Shown here one piece after another: positions 40,046-50,166 of a DNA stretch of 64,000 nucleotides (within the stretch, counting starts at the first letter, position 1; each line of letters begins with the position of its first letter). A model generated the notes under the pieces. The model had not been told where the DNA came from, searched no databases, and worked only from the letters and a program-made list of their open reading frames with translations. The stretch is from Planctomycetota bacterium. GTDB taxonomy: Bacteria; Planctomycetota; Phycisphaerae; WQYP01. The position numbers and the translations under genes are program-made. The stretch lies in assembly GCA_021819825.1 (NCBI GenBank), contig JAKAEZ010000006.1, forward strand, positions 33,404 to 97,403, written 5' to 3'.

Positions 40046-41464
40046 GTGATCAGCCCCTCATCCGATAAAACTTCTCAGCCACCGGCAGCCGCCGATTCTG
40101 ACGGCCGGATTCCCGCGCTGCCACGACTGAATCCTCGGGTCAGGCAGTTGCGGATTAGCGCGATAATCGCGGTGGTGGCGTTATTTTATATATTGATACC
40201 GGTACTAAACAGTGTGGGCGCGGTTTCAGATTTAAGCGTCAATATTCTTGGCCGGTACCTGTGCTTCGCGATCGTTGCTTTGGGCATTGATTTAATCTGG
40301 GGATACGCGGGGTTACTGTCTCTGTGCCAGGCTTTTTTCTTCTGCCTCGGCGGTTATGCCATCGGCATGTTCTTGAGCCTGCCGGAAGGGGGCGGGCAGG
40401 TTCAGAAAGCCTACAACAACATTCCGCAATTTTTCTTCTTTAATAATCAATCAACGCTGCCGACATTCTGGAAGCCTTTTGCATCGCTTCCATTTGCTCT
40501 TGCCATGGGTATTTTGATTCCTGCGGTCGTTGCCGGTATTTTCGGATTCTTCATTTTCCGCAGCCGCGTGCGCGGCGTTTATTTTGCCATTATCACACAG
40601 GCGTTGGCCTGGGCGGCGTATCTGCTGTTTTGCCGAAATGAGTTGTTACTGGGGGGGACCGACGGTTTGAATAATTTTTATCCGCCGCTGCAGCACGATC
40701 ATCATTGGATACTGGGTCTGTATTTCCTCACGGCCGCGATTCTGGGATTGCTGTACCTGGCGCTTTTCAAGCTTACCAAAAGCCGTTTCGGCAGAATATT
40801 GGTGGCTATCCGCGATCGGGAAGTGCGTCTGCACTTTGCCGGCTATAAACCCTACGCGTTTAAGGTCTTCGCGTTTGTCATCGCAGCGGTGATCGCGGCT
40901 ATAGGAGGGATGCTATATGTGCCGCAAAATGGGATTATTACACCCGGCACGATGGCCGTGGAATCGTCTATACTTATGGTTGTGCTGGTGGCGGTCGGCG
41001 GGCGCGGGCGATTATGGGGCGCAATTATTGGCGCACTGGTCGTGCGCTACGCCTACAGCATTCTTAGCTCGGATATGCCGGCGATGTGGTCGTTTTTTGA
41101 GGGCGGCCTGTTTATTGCCGTGACGCTGCTATTTTCCAACGGGCTGGTGGGGCTATGGGATGAACTCGAAGAGAAAATGCGGATGCGCCATGGAGGCCTA
41201 CAACTGGCCCTCTCGGTAATCCCGCTGGCAAGCGTCCTGGGATTTGTCCTGTGTGAGGCGCTTGGCATCATGCCGAAGGCGCTGCAACAGACAATTGCCA
41301 CACCATGGAGTGTCATGCCCGATATTCCAATCAAATTTATTCTACTGGCGGGAATTCTCATTTCGGTCGCCCTCGCACGGTGGCTGGTAAGGTTCATCGG
41401 GCGTCCGCGTGGCAGCGTCGTTGTGCCGGTATCGCACACGGCGGTGGAGGAGGTGCACGCATGA
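40046..41464 (+). CDS. urtC: Urea ABC transporter permease
   Basis: GIDLIWGYAGLLSL, FRSRVRGVYFAIITQA, AIRDRE and VAVGGRG, plus extra C-terminal TM helices. Confidence 0.92.
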   Translation: MISPSSDKTSQPPAAADSDGRIPALPRLNPRVRQLRISAIIAVVALFYILIPVLNSVGAVSDLSVNILGRYLCFAIVALGIDLIWGYAGLLSLCQAFFFCLGGYAIGMFLSLPEGGGQVQKAYNNIPQFFFFNNQSTLPTFWKPFASLPFALAMGILIPAVVAGIFGFFIFRSRVRGVYFAIITQALAWAAYLLFCRNELLLGGTDGLNNFYPPLQHDHHWILGLYFLTAAILGLLYLALFKLTKSRFGRILVAIRDREVRLHFAGYKPYAFKVFAFVIAAVIAAIGGMLYVPQNGIITPGTMAVESSILMVVLVAVGGRGRLWGAIIGALVVRYAYSILSSDMPAMWSFFEGGLFIAVTLLFSNGLVGLWDELEEKMRMRHGGLQLALSVIPLASVLGFVLCEALGIMPKALQQTIATPWSVMPDIPIKFILLAGILISVALARWLVRFIGRPRGSVVVPVSHTAVEEVHA

Positions 41465-42243
41465 TACATGCCCCGACAGACTCCTCGGCTTCTGCTGCGG
41501 GAACGTCGACCGCCTACACGGTGTTCTTAGAGGATGTGACGGTCGATTTTGACGGCTTCCGGGCGTTGGACATTTATCGCTTCGGCGTGTTTCGCAATGA
41601 ATTGCGCGTAGTGATTGGTCCCAATGGGGCTGGGAAGACCACGTTGTGCGACGTTATCAGTGGTAAAACGCATCCCAGCGGAGGCCGAGTGTTTTTTAAA
41701 GGAATGGATATTACCCATCGTCGCGACACCGACATAGCAGCGCTGGGTGTGGGGCGAAAATTTCAGACGCCGACAATTTTTCCCAGTCTGACGGTCTATG
41801 AAAATATGGACTTGGCGTTACCGGGCAGGAGGAGGGTTTTTCAGAATATATTCAGACACGAATCCCCTGAAGCTAAGGAAAAAATATTCAATATTTTACG
41901 CCGTGTGCGGCTGCTGGATTTGGCGCATTGTCCGGCTGGTACTTTGAGTCACGGGCAGCGCCAGTGGCTGGAAATAAGTATGCTCATGGCTGCGGAACCA
42001 GAACTCCTGCTGGTAGATGAGCCCGCGGCCGGTCTTACCGACGCCCAGACAGACGTGACCGCAGAGTTGCTGCTGGAACTAAAGGGGCGTCACACCATTA
42101 TTGTCATCGAACACGATATGGAGTTTGTGCGCCGCCTTAATTCCCGTGTGACCGTTCTGAATGAAGGAAAGGTGCTCTCGGACGGCTCCATGGAACAGGT
42201 TCAGCGGGATCCAAAAGTTATTGAAGCGTATCTGGGGCGATAA
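41461..42243 (+). CDS. urtD: Urea ABC transporter ATP-binding protein
   Basis: Motifs GPNGAGKTT, GRKFQTP, LSHGQRQWLEI and EHDM. Confidence 0.93.
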   Translation: MIHAPTDSSASAAGTSTAYTVFLEDVTVDFDGFRALDIYRFGVFRNELRVVIGPNGAGKTTLCDVISGKTHPSGGRVFFKGMDITHRRDTDIAALGVGRKFQTPTIFPSLTVYENMDLALPGRRRVFQNIFRHESPEAKEKIFNILRRVRLLDLAHCPAGTLSHGQRQWLEISMLMAAEPELLLVDEPAAGLTDAQTDVTAELLLELKGRHTIIVIEHDMEFVRRLNSRVTVLNEGKVLSDGSMEQVQRDPKVIEAYLGR

Positions 42244-42269
42244 TTTAAAGGCATGGCGAGGACCTGACG

Positions 42270-42977
42270 TTGAGTGAAATATTGCTGTCAATCCGGAATC
42301 TGGCGTTTTCATACGGTGCCGTGCAGGCCCTGCGCGGCGTGGATATGGACGTTTCCCGGGGAAGTATCACCTGCCTGATGGGACGTAACGGCGTGGGAAA
42401 AACCACCCTGGTGGGAGCAATCATGGGGTTGTTGAAATCCGACTCCGGGGTAATAACGTTTGACGGGCAGAACGTCACTAAGTGGCCGGCGTTTAAGCGG
42501 GCCAGACATGGCATTGGGCTTGTTCCCCAAGGGCGGCGGATATTTCCCAAGCTTACGGTAAACGAAAATCTGATCGTCGGAATGCAGGCGGCAGGCGGCC
42601 GGACAAAAACAATTCCGGATTCGGTGGTGGAAATGTTTCCGATTATCAAAACCATGTCCGGACGATTGGGCGGCGACCTTTCCGGCGGTCAACAGCAGCA
42701 ACTGGCGATTGCCCGCGCCCTGGTGGGCAGGCCGAAGATCCTCCTCTTGGACGAACCCACCGAGGGTATCCAGCCCAATATTATTAAGCAGATCGGTCAG
42801 GTGCTGCGAAATTTGGTGAAAGAACACAACATGACGGTTCTGCTCGTGGAGCAATATGTCGATTTTGTCCGTGAATACGGGGATCACTTCTACATCATGA
42901 ATCGGGGGAGAATTGTCGCCAACGGAAATACGGAGCAGTTGCATGCCGGTGTGATCCAGGAGCATTTAAGTGTTTGA
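42270..42977 (+). CDS. urtE: Urea ABC transporter ATP-binding protein
   Basis: Motifs GRNGVGKTT, LSGGQQQQLAI and DEPTEGIQP. Confidence 0.93.
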   Translation: MSEILLSIRNLAFSYGAVQALRGVDMDVSRGSITCLMGRNGVGKTTLVGAIMGLLKSDSGVITFDGQNVTKWPAFKRARHGIGLVPQGRRIFPKLTVNENLIVGMQAAGGRTKTIPDSVVEMFPIIKTMSGRLGGDLSGGQQQQLAIARALVGRPKILLLDEPTEGIQPNIIKQIGQVLRNLVKEHNMTVLLVEQYVDFVREYGDHFYIMNRGRIVANGNTEQLHAGVIQEHLSV

Positions 42978-43082
42978 TCCACCCGAGAAAATGCGGATAC
43001 TCATTGAAGCTTCCGTCGGCTCGATCGGGATTGGGCCGTACACAACCGGCCGGGGCGCCATCGGATTTTCCGGAGCGTTCCT

Positions 43083-43985
43083 ATGAAATCCCCGACGATA
43101 TGCCGAGATCGATTCTCCGAAGTTTCAAATGACCGTTGCGCCCCAGGCGATACACCGGTTCGACCGCAGCGTGCCGCCGTTTTCGGCCATGCCGAATTCG
43201 CACTGCAGGGAGATAGCACACGCGTGGTATCCCTTGGCAGTCGCGCGCCCTTACAACTGCTTGCACCGCGCGCCGGCAGTGACGTGGGGTGGCTGGTAAT
43301 GGGAAGTCTTGGGGGCGGCCTGCTAGGCGGTGACCACATCAAGGTGGATTTGCATGTACAGCAAGGCGCAGGGGCGTATGTCACGACCCAGGCTTCTACC
43401 AAGATTTTTAAATCCGGAGGTTGCGGGGCTGTCCGCCAAAGTCTTGATGCGCTGATAGCCCCGGATGCCTCCATGCTATTGGCTCCTGATCCTGTGGTCT
43501 GCTTTGCCCAATCAGATTATCAGCAGGAACAGAAATTCTATCTGCACGCCGGCAGTTCATTGCTGGCAGTTGATTGGTTTACCAGTGGGCGGTGGCAATG
43601 CGGCGAACGCTGGAACTTTGCGCGCTATATAAGTCGTCAGAGTGTCTATGTTAACGGGGATCCTATTTTGCTTGACGCCTTGGAGTTGGATAATACGGTG
43701 TCCCATATTTCCCGAACGGTCGGATTCAATGTGGTGAACGCTTTGGCGACGGTGATATGCCTCGGGCCGAGATTTGCGGGTGCCGCCCTTGCCCTGCTGC
43801 AGCGGCTGCATAATACGCCGATACAAACAAAAGACTCCGTGATGTTTGGCATCAGTGAACTCGCTGATGGATTTCTTCTGCGGGTGGGGGGCGATTCAGC
43901 GGAAAACGTCGGCCGCTTTCTCCAGAAAGAGTTGGTCTCGGCTGCCGCCGCAATGGGCGTAGAACTCTGGCAGCGTAAATGGTAA
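43083..43985 (+). CDS. ureD: Urease accessory protein UreD/UreH
   Basis: GGGLLGGD, TTQASTKIF, PDPVVCFA and DWFTSGR...GERW. Confidence 0.9.
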   Translation: MKSPTICRDRFSEVSNDRCAPGDTPVRPQRAAVFGHAEFALQGDSTRVVSLGSRAPLQLLAPRAGSDVGWLVMGSLGGGLLGGDHIKVDLHVQQGAGAYVTTQASTKIFKSGGCGAVRQSLDALIAPDASMLLAPDPVVCFAQSDYQQEQKFYLHAGSSLLAVDWFTSGRWQCGERWNFARYISRQSVYVNGDPILLDALELDNTVSHISRTVGFNVVNALATVICLGPRFAGAALALLQRLHNTPIQTKDSVMFGISELADGFLLRVGGDSAENVGRFLQKELVSAAAAMGVELWQRKW

Positions 43986-43997
43986 AGGATTTGGAAC

Positions 43998-44756
43998 ATG
44001 CACCTGACACCGCGTGAACTGGACAAATTGGTCTTGCATCAGGCCGGGTACCTGGCACAGAAACGCCTGGCGCGCGGGCTGCGGCTGAATTTGCCGGAGT
44101 CCATTGCTCTCATCGCCGCCCAGTTGCTGGAATTGATCCGCGACGGTCAAAGCGTTGCCCAACTCATGGAAATAGGACGCAGCATGCTGGGCCGTCGCCA
44201 AGTTATGGAGGGTGTTGCTGAAATGATTGCCGAGGTGCAGGTTGAAGGAACTTTTCCGGATGGGACCAAGCTGGTTACTGTGCACCACCCGGTGGTCCGG
44301 GAAAATGGGGATCTTGCCCTGGCGCTTTACGGCAGTTTCTTGCCGGTGCCTGACGCTGCCTTATTTCAAACGCATCACACGCCTTGCATGCCGGGGCAGA
44401 TCTGTCCGAGCGATGGAGACATAACGCTTAATGCCCAGCGCCCAACGGCGACGGTCATGGTAGTTAATACAGGTGATCGCCCCATTCAGGTGGGCAGCCA
44501 CTATCACTTCATTGAAGTTAATAAAGCATTGAAGTTTTCACGCGGTGCGGCCTACGGCATGCGACTGGATATACCCGCGGGCACAGCCGTGCGGTTTGAG
44601 CCTGGCGAGGGAAAAACGGTACAGCTAGTTGCCATTGCAGGCGGTAAGGTTATTAGCGGCGGCAATAATTTGGCATCGGGTCCAGTGTCGGATCAGGGCC
44701 GCTTAGAGGCCTTGCGCCGCGTGGCACAGGAAGGATTTCAATGTACGGAGCATTAA
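43998..44756 (+). CDS. ureAB: Fused urease gamma/beta subunit
   Basis: Gamma part [11 protein letters not shown]...[17 protein letters not shown]. Beta part [15 protein letters not shown]...[15 protein letters not shown]. Confidence 0.95.
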   Translation: MHLTPRELDKLVLHQAGYLAQKRLARGLRLNLPESIALIAAQLLELIRDGQSVAQLMEIGRSMLGRRQVMEGVAEMIAEVQVEGTFPDGTKLVTVHHPVVRENGDLALALYGSFLPVPDAALFQTHHTPCMPGQICPSDGDITLNAQRPTATVMVVNTGDRPIQVGSHYHFIEVNKALKFSRGAAYGMRLDIPAGTAVRFEPGEGKTVQLVAIAGGKVISGGNNLASGPVSDQGRLEALRRVAQEGFQCTEH

Positions 44757-44757
44757 C

Positions 44758-46473
44758 ATGAGCAACCAGATTTCACGCACGGCCTATGCGGGTATGTATG
44801 GTCCTACCACCGGCGATACCGTGCGCCTGGCCGATACCGAATTGATTCTTCGCGTTGAACGGGATCTCACACATTACGGGGATGAATGCAAATTCGGCGG
44901 AGGGAAAGTATTGCGCGAGGGAATGGGTCAGGCCGCAGGCGTTGATCCGGCCGCGGCATTGGATCTGCTGATCACCAACGCGCTGATTGTGGATTATACC
45001 GGTATCTATAAGGCGGATGTGGGAATAAAAAGCGGCCGCATCTCCGCAATTGGTAAGGCTGGCAATCCCAATGTTATGGCAGGTGTAACGCCGGGAATGA
45101 TTTTCGGCGTTACAACCGAAGTCATCGCCGGCGAAGGACTGATACTTACCGCCGGTGGCATAGACGCCCACATCCATTTCATTTGCCCGCAGTTGGCACA
45201 TGAGGCGATTGCCTCTGGCCTGACCACCATGATCGGCGGCGGCACAGGCCCCGCCACGGGGACATGCGCAACGACCTGCACGCCCGGAGCCTTTCATATC
45301 GAAGCAATGCTGGGCGCAACGGATGATCTGCCGTTAAACTTCGGCTTCACCGGAAAGGGGAATGCGGCGTCACCGGAGGGTCTGGGAGCGCAAATTGAAG
45401 CCGGCGCGATTGGCCTGAAACTTCATGAAGATTGGGGTACCACTCCCGCCGCCATTGATTGCTGCCTGACCGTAGCCGAAGATTATGACGTTCAGGTGAC
45501 TATTCACACCGATACGCTTAACGAATCGGGCTTTGTTGAAAGTTCCATCTCCGCGTTTCGAGGGCGTACGATACACACCTATCATTCCGAGGGTGCTGGC
45601 GGCGGCCATGCGCCGGATATTCTCCGGGTTTGCGGACAAAGTAACGTCTTGCCGAGTTCCACCAACCCCACGCGCCCGTTTACCGTCAACACCCTTGACG
45701 AACATCTTGATATGTTGATGGTATGCCATCACCTCGATTCTGATCTTCCGGAGGATGTCGCTTTTGCGGAAAGCCGTATCCGCGGCGAAACGATCGCCGC
45801 TGAAGATATCCTCCATGATCTTGGAGCCATCAGCATCATCAGTTCCGACTCTCAGGCCATGGGTCGGGTGGGGGAAGTCATTACCCGCACATGGCAAACA
45901 GCGGATAAAATGCGTCGACAACGCGGTTCGCTTCCGGAGGATGTCCCAGGTGACGATAATTTCCGCATCCGTCGCTATGTGGCCAAGTACACGATTAACC
46001 CGGCAATAGCCCATGGTGTGGGGCATCTGATTGGCTCAATTGAAATCGGCAAGCTTGCCGATCTTGTGCTCTGGAGGCCCGCGCTTTTTGGGGTCAAACC
46101 GGAGTTGGTAATTAAGGGCGGCTTTGTGGCCTGGGCCCAGATGGGAGACCCCAATGCCTCCATTCCTACTCCCCAGCCGGTAATTATGCGGCCCATGTTC
46201 GGGGCCTTCGGCAACGCACCGGCCAAAACCAGTCTGGCGTTTGTAAGTGCGGCCGCCGCCGCCAGCGGCGTAACTGAACATTATGGCCTGAAAAAAAACA
46301 TTGCAGCCGTAAAGGCGTGCCGCGATCTCACCAAGCGGGATATGAAACTTAACGATGTGCTGCCGGTTATTGAAGTCGATCCGGAAACCTATCGCGTGTC
46401 CGCCGATGGGGTCCACCTGACCTGCCGGCCCGCGGAAATATTGGGTCTGGCTCAACGCTATTTTTTGTTTTAA
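44758..46473 (+). CDS. ureC: Urease alpha (catalytic) subunit
   Basis: Motifs [42 protein letters not shown] and SDSQAMGR. Confidence 0.98.
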   Translation: MSNQISRTAYAGMYGPTTGDTVRLADTELILRVERDLTHYGDECKFGGGKVLREGMGQAAGVDPAAALDLLITNALIVDYTGIYKADVGIKSGRISAIGKAGNPNVMAGVTPGMIFGVTTEVIAGEGLILTAGGIDAHIHFICPQLAHEAIASGLTTMIGGGTGPATGTCATTCTPGAFHIEAMLGATDDLPLNFGFTGKGNAASPEGLGAQIEAGAIGLKLHEDWGTTPAAIDCCLTVAEDYDVQVTIHTDTLNESGFVESSISAFRGRTIHTYHSEGAGGGHAPDILRVCGQSNVLPSSTNPTRPFTVNTLDEHLDMLMVCHHLDSDLPEDVAFAESRIRGETIAAEDILHDLGAISIISSDSQAMGRVGEVITRTWQTADKMRRQRGSLPEDVPGDDNFRIRRYVAKYTINPAIAHGVGHLIGSIEIGKLADLVLWRPALFGVKPELVIKGGFVAWAQMGDPNASIPTPQPVIMRPMFGAFGNAPAKTSLAFVSAAAAASGVTEHYGLKKNIAAVKACRDLTKRDMKLNDVLPVIEVDPETYRVSADGVHLTCRPAEILGLAQRYFLF

Positions 46474-46536
46474 TTTTTTGGGATTCAGTGCCTGTACCGA
46501 GATGTCAGAGCATCAGGCGTCGCGGTGCGCAGCTCC

Positions 46537-46646
46537 GTTATTGCATTTCCGCCGACTGCCGCCGGCGCAAAATGTGCGGGCCAAGCAACAGCATCGCGGT
46601 CAAAAGTGCGACAGTGAGGATCAGGCCGTTGCCTGGCTTGGGCGCA
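46537..46646 (+). repeat. Right copy of the 110-bp direct repeat (in-gene 3' end of GH44)
   Basis: 109/110 identical to 34505-34614, offset 12,032 bp. Confidence 0.95.
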
Positions 46647-48259
46647 TCGACCAGATTCAAGGTGCTCACGCTGTACGCGGGCATGGTATAGGTGAAAAAA
46701 GCGGGATTGGTAATCGTTACATCGCCGGCAAACATGGGGCTGGCGGCGCTGCTGGTCAACTGATACACCTGTGCCTGGTCAAAGGTTTTGGTGTGATCCA
46801 AGTTAATGGTTACCGTGATGGCATTGGCGGTTTTATTAATGGCAATCACCACCATGTGCGACGGATCATTGGAATCCAGACTGGCATAAACTGAAGTATC
46901 CGCCACATCACTGGTACTGGCGGATATGGACGTATCGCCAAATGTCGCTCCCTTGCCATTATAGTTGCGGTACATGGCAAACGCGGCCTGCGTATACGGT
47001 TCGCTGGACGCCAAGGCCCATTGGTTGGCGGAATACACGCCGTACTTTCCGAATATCCCCAGCACATCCGCTTCCGCGATTGCACCGGAAATATCCGAAC
47101 CTCCGCCGTAGTTATATTCGCTGAAGGAAAGCTTCGTTCCGGAATAATTGGCGTTAATTTCGCTTTGAAGTGTCGGCAGCAGATCAATAGCTTTGCCGCC
47201 GAGGCTTTGGGTAATCCAGCTTGTTTCAACATACGTCGGGTCCCAAAGCGAGCGCGGTGCCTGCAATCGGGCTGCTACCACTGCGGGATCGGATGAGCTT
47301 TCGGTGGTAATTCGCGTGCCATCGCCCGTGGCTTCCGGGTACCAATGCAGATCCAGCACATCCAGCAGGCGAAGCTTGGCGGCGATGCCCGCCAAGTGCA
47401 TTTGCGCCAGATAGCACGAGAGAAAATTGCCGTAGGGTTTTCCGGTATAGGGATCAATGGCGGCATTATCAGCGGTGGAATCAGTTGCATTTTGTAACGT
47501 CTGATATCCCTCCCAGCCGTAGCTCACCGGACCATACACCAAGCTGGTGGGCGCAATGCTTTTAATCATGGTGGAATATTGAATCGTTTTTTGCAGCAAC
47601 TCCGCATACGTCACGGGCGTGGGATGTACTTCCGGATGGGTGCTGGACCACAAATCCGGTTCGTTGTCGAGGTCAAAATTAATCGGCGTGCTGCTGCCGG
47701 CGGTAAAGTCCTGTGGATAATTGGTTTTAACCCAGTTCACAAATTGGCTTTGGTATACCGGGTTGGTGGACATGCCGGTAACCGATGCCGGCGCGTTGGC
47801 ATATTCGGGGACAAAATAAGGTGAAGTGGCTGGATTGGCGGTAGGGCTGGCGTCGCCGGATTTGGCGGCAGAGACATAGCCTGCCATCGGGACGGTCAGG
47901 AGTAATCCCGCGCCATTGGCGGCAGCATTGTTAATCCCGGGAATCATGGCACCGCCGGGCGTTGATCCGCCGCCCAAAAATGTATCGTTGGAATATTTAT
48001 AATCACTTCCCGCATTGGAGTAATTGTTGGTCCAGTTGTAGGCGGTCCAGCGATTTCCGCCGAGGCGGTCATACGTCAGGTTGGAGCCGGAGGTAATGGG
48101 TTGATTAATGCCATAAATGTATCGGGAGATGGCGTGGACATTTTGCGAGGCGTCAATAGTAAAAGTAACCGCGTTCTGGACCTGAGCGGGGTGCACTGAA
48201 ATGGTTGCCGCCAAAAGCGCGCAAATGCTCAAAGCCTGCCGGTTCATCCGAATTGTCAT
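46538..48259 (-). CDS. Secreted glycoside hydrolase family 44-like endoglucanase with PEP-CTERM-like C-terminal anchor
   Basis: RLGGNRWTAYNWTNNYSNAGSD, LDNEPDLW...TH, LDLHWYPE, APRSLWD and FSEYNYGG. The tail is APKP, a TM helix and RRRQ. ATG 48259 follows GGAGAGG. Confidence 0.88.
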   Translation of the reverse strand: MTIRMNRQALSICALLAATISVHPAQVQNAVTFTIDASQNVHAISRYIYGINQPITSGSNLTYDRLGGNRWTAYNWTNNYSNAGSDYKYSNDTFLGGGSTPGGAMIPGINNAAANGAGLLLTVPMAGYVSAAKSGDASPTANPATSPYFVPEYANAPASVTGMSTNPVYQSQFVNWVKTNYPQDFTAGSSTPINFDLDNEPDLWSSTHPEVHPTPVTYAELLQKTIQYSTMIKSIAPTSLVYGPVSYGWEGYQTLQNATDSTADNAAIDPYTGKPYGNFLSCYLAQMHLAGIAAKLRLLDVLDLHWYPEATGDGTRITTESSSDPAVVAARLQAPRSLWDPTYVETSWITQSLGGKAIDLLPTLQSEINANYSGTKLSFSEYNYGGGSDISGAIAEADVLGIFGKYGVYSANQWALASSEPYTQAAFAMYRNYNGKGATFGDTSISASTSDVADTSVYASLDSNDPSHMVVIAINKTANAITVTINLDHTKTFDQAQVYQLTSSAASPMFAGDVTITNPAFFTYTMPAYSVSTLNLVDAPKPGNGLILTVALLTAMLLLGPHILRRRQSAEMQ

Positions 48260-48752
48260 GGAAAATTCCTCTCCACCGCCGATATTCATGGGGCTTATGT
48301 GTGTGACCGTGGCGTGATCATACATTGGCCCAATCAGCGGCGAGATAAGCAGTCAACCCGTGAGGGAACGCTTATCTGGTAAATGGAGTGTAACATGTTG
48401 ATGTGGGCGCATCAATAAAATATCTTCCATTTTTTTGCAACCAAAATCAGCCTGTGGCTGAGATTGCGGGGGCCTTCCAAGAATCAAAAGACTGCCAATT
48501 TGGCCCAATTTCCGCGCTAACACGGGATTTTTTCACTCCCACGAGGCAGCGCCCCCGGTGAGGAGCCATGGAGCCTGCTCCGGGCCGTCCGAGATTTTAC
48601 CTATTTTTCGCTTGACCCAATCGCCTTTAGCGGTGATAGTTTTAGTACAGCGCCGAAGCTGTCGTGGCCCGGGGTTCGATTATTGGATGGTCGATGGCGT
48701 CACGAGGCTGCGGCATGCCGGTCAGGATGTTTGGCTACGGAGGCTTTCACCT

Positions 48753-50165
48753 ATGGCAACAGTTCGCACACAGCGCAGCGCGCCACCTTACGCACTTATT
48801 GTTTTCATCGGTCTGTTTCTTGTGGTGACCGTGGTCGCCATTCTGCTTTACCTTAAATTAGGTAAGGCGGAACAAACGGCTTCCGCCGATCAACAGAATC
48901 TGGCACTGATCGCGTCAACCGAAGATCAGAATCTTCCGATCGTTGCGGATCTTAAAGCTAACGCCTCCGCCGGCAATACGGTGGTGCGGCAGTTGGTTTC
49001 GCAAATAAATCAGTTGGAAGTTGAGATCAGCGGCAACAGTGGGACACAGGTGTCGCAGCTCATTGGGCCGTCCGGTCCGGTGAATCGGGTGTTGACCAAG
49101 GCTGGTATGACTGGAAAATCCCTTGTCCTGGCTTTGTCACAAGTGGATTCGGCCCTGGTCAATGCGCGAAATGAAATTAAGCAGTATCGCCTGCACCTGG
49201 CCAATTATCAGCGTCGGTTTGCTTCCACACGATCATCTTTTAAGGATGATATTCATGCGATTAATGATAAGCTGACATCCGCGCAGAATCGGATCGATGC
49301 TTTAACGGCCAAGTTAAATGCCGCCAACACACAAGTTTCCACCGAGGCCGGCACGTTGCAACAGCAAATTACCGGTGAACAAACCAAGTACATTTCGGAA
49401 CTGCGCGGGCAGGTTATTCAGATTCAGCAGCTCAAACAGGAACTCCAGGCGCGAATCGCCGTGGTACAGGATTTGCGAAATCAAATCGCAGCCTATCGTG
49501 CTCCGAACACTGGTGCCAACGCCATTTTGAGTCAGGCCGACGGCAAAGTTATTCGCGTGTCGCCGATGACCCAGCATGTTTATATCAACTTGGGTACCTC
49601 TGAACATATTACCGTCGGCCTATCGTTTGCGGTGTATAATCCGAATCTGGGCGTCAACACGGGCCAGAACGGTGGCGGGGTGGGTTCCATATCCGTTATC
49701 CGCGCGGGGAAATTCGCGTCGGTCTGCCGCATTACCCACCTGCAACCCAATGCGCAGATTTTTGCCGGCGATCTGATTGCCAACCCGGTATTCCATAAAG
49801 ACCAGAACCGGAAGTTCCACTTTGTTATCTACGGCGATTTTGATGTCAACGGTAACGGCGTACCCACGGCCGCCGGTCGTCGGGAAATTGTGCGGCTCGT
49901 TGAATCCTGGGGCGGCGTGGTGCAGAAGCACCTTTCCACACAGACCGATTTTCTGGTGCTGGGATCACGGCCCGCCAATTCGGAGCTGAATTTCAGCGGT
50001 GTGGAAACGGCGCAGACGGCGGCCCTCAAGGCCGCCCGCGCAACGCAACAGCAACGCTATGAGCATCTGGAACAAAAGGCACAGAATCTTTCCGTGCCGA
50101 TTCTCAATGCCAATCGCTTCCTTGCGATGATCGGTTATTACGCCCATCCACTGGTGCGGCAGTAA
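48753..50165 (+). CDS. Membrane-anchored coiled-coil protein with C-terminal BRCT-like domain
   Basis: N-terminal TM helix, long heptad region, a beta-rich segment (ADGKVIRV...VYINLG), then IVRLVESWGGVVQKHLSTQTDFLVLG (BRCT-like). Confidence 0.7.
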   Translation: MATVRTQRSAPPYALIVFIGLFLVVTVVAILLYLKLGKAEQTASADQQNLALIASTEDQNLPIVADLKANASAGNTVVRQLVSQINQLEVEISGNSGTQVSQLIGPSGPVNRVLTKAGMTGKSLVLALSQVDSALVNARNEIKQYRLHLANYQRRFASTRSSFKDDIHAINDKLTSAQNRIDALTAKLNAANTQVSTEAGTLQQQITGEQTKYISELRGQVIQIQQLKQELQARIAVVQDLRNQIAAYRAPNTGANAILSQADGKVIRVSPMTQHVYINLGTSEHITVGLSFAVYNPNLGVNTGQNGGGVGSISVIRAGKFASVCRITHLQPNAQIFAGDLIANPVFHKDQNRKFHFVIYGDFDVNGNGVPTAAGRREIVRLVESWGGVVQKHLSTQTDFLVLGSRPANSELNFSGVETAQTAALKAARATQQQRYEHLEQKAQNLSVPILNANRFLAMIGYYAHPLVRQ

Positions 50166-50166
50166 T

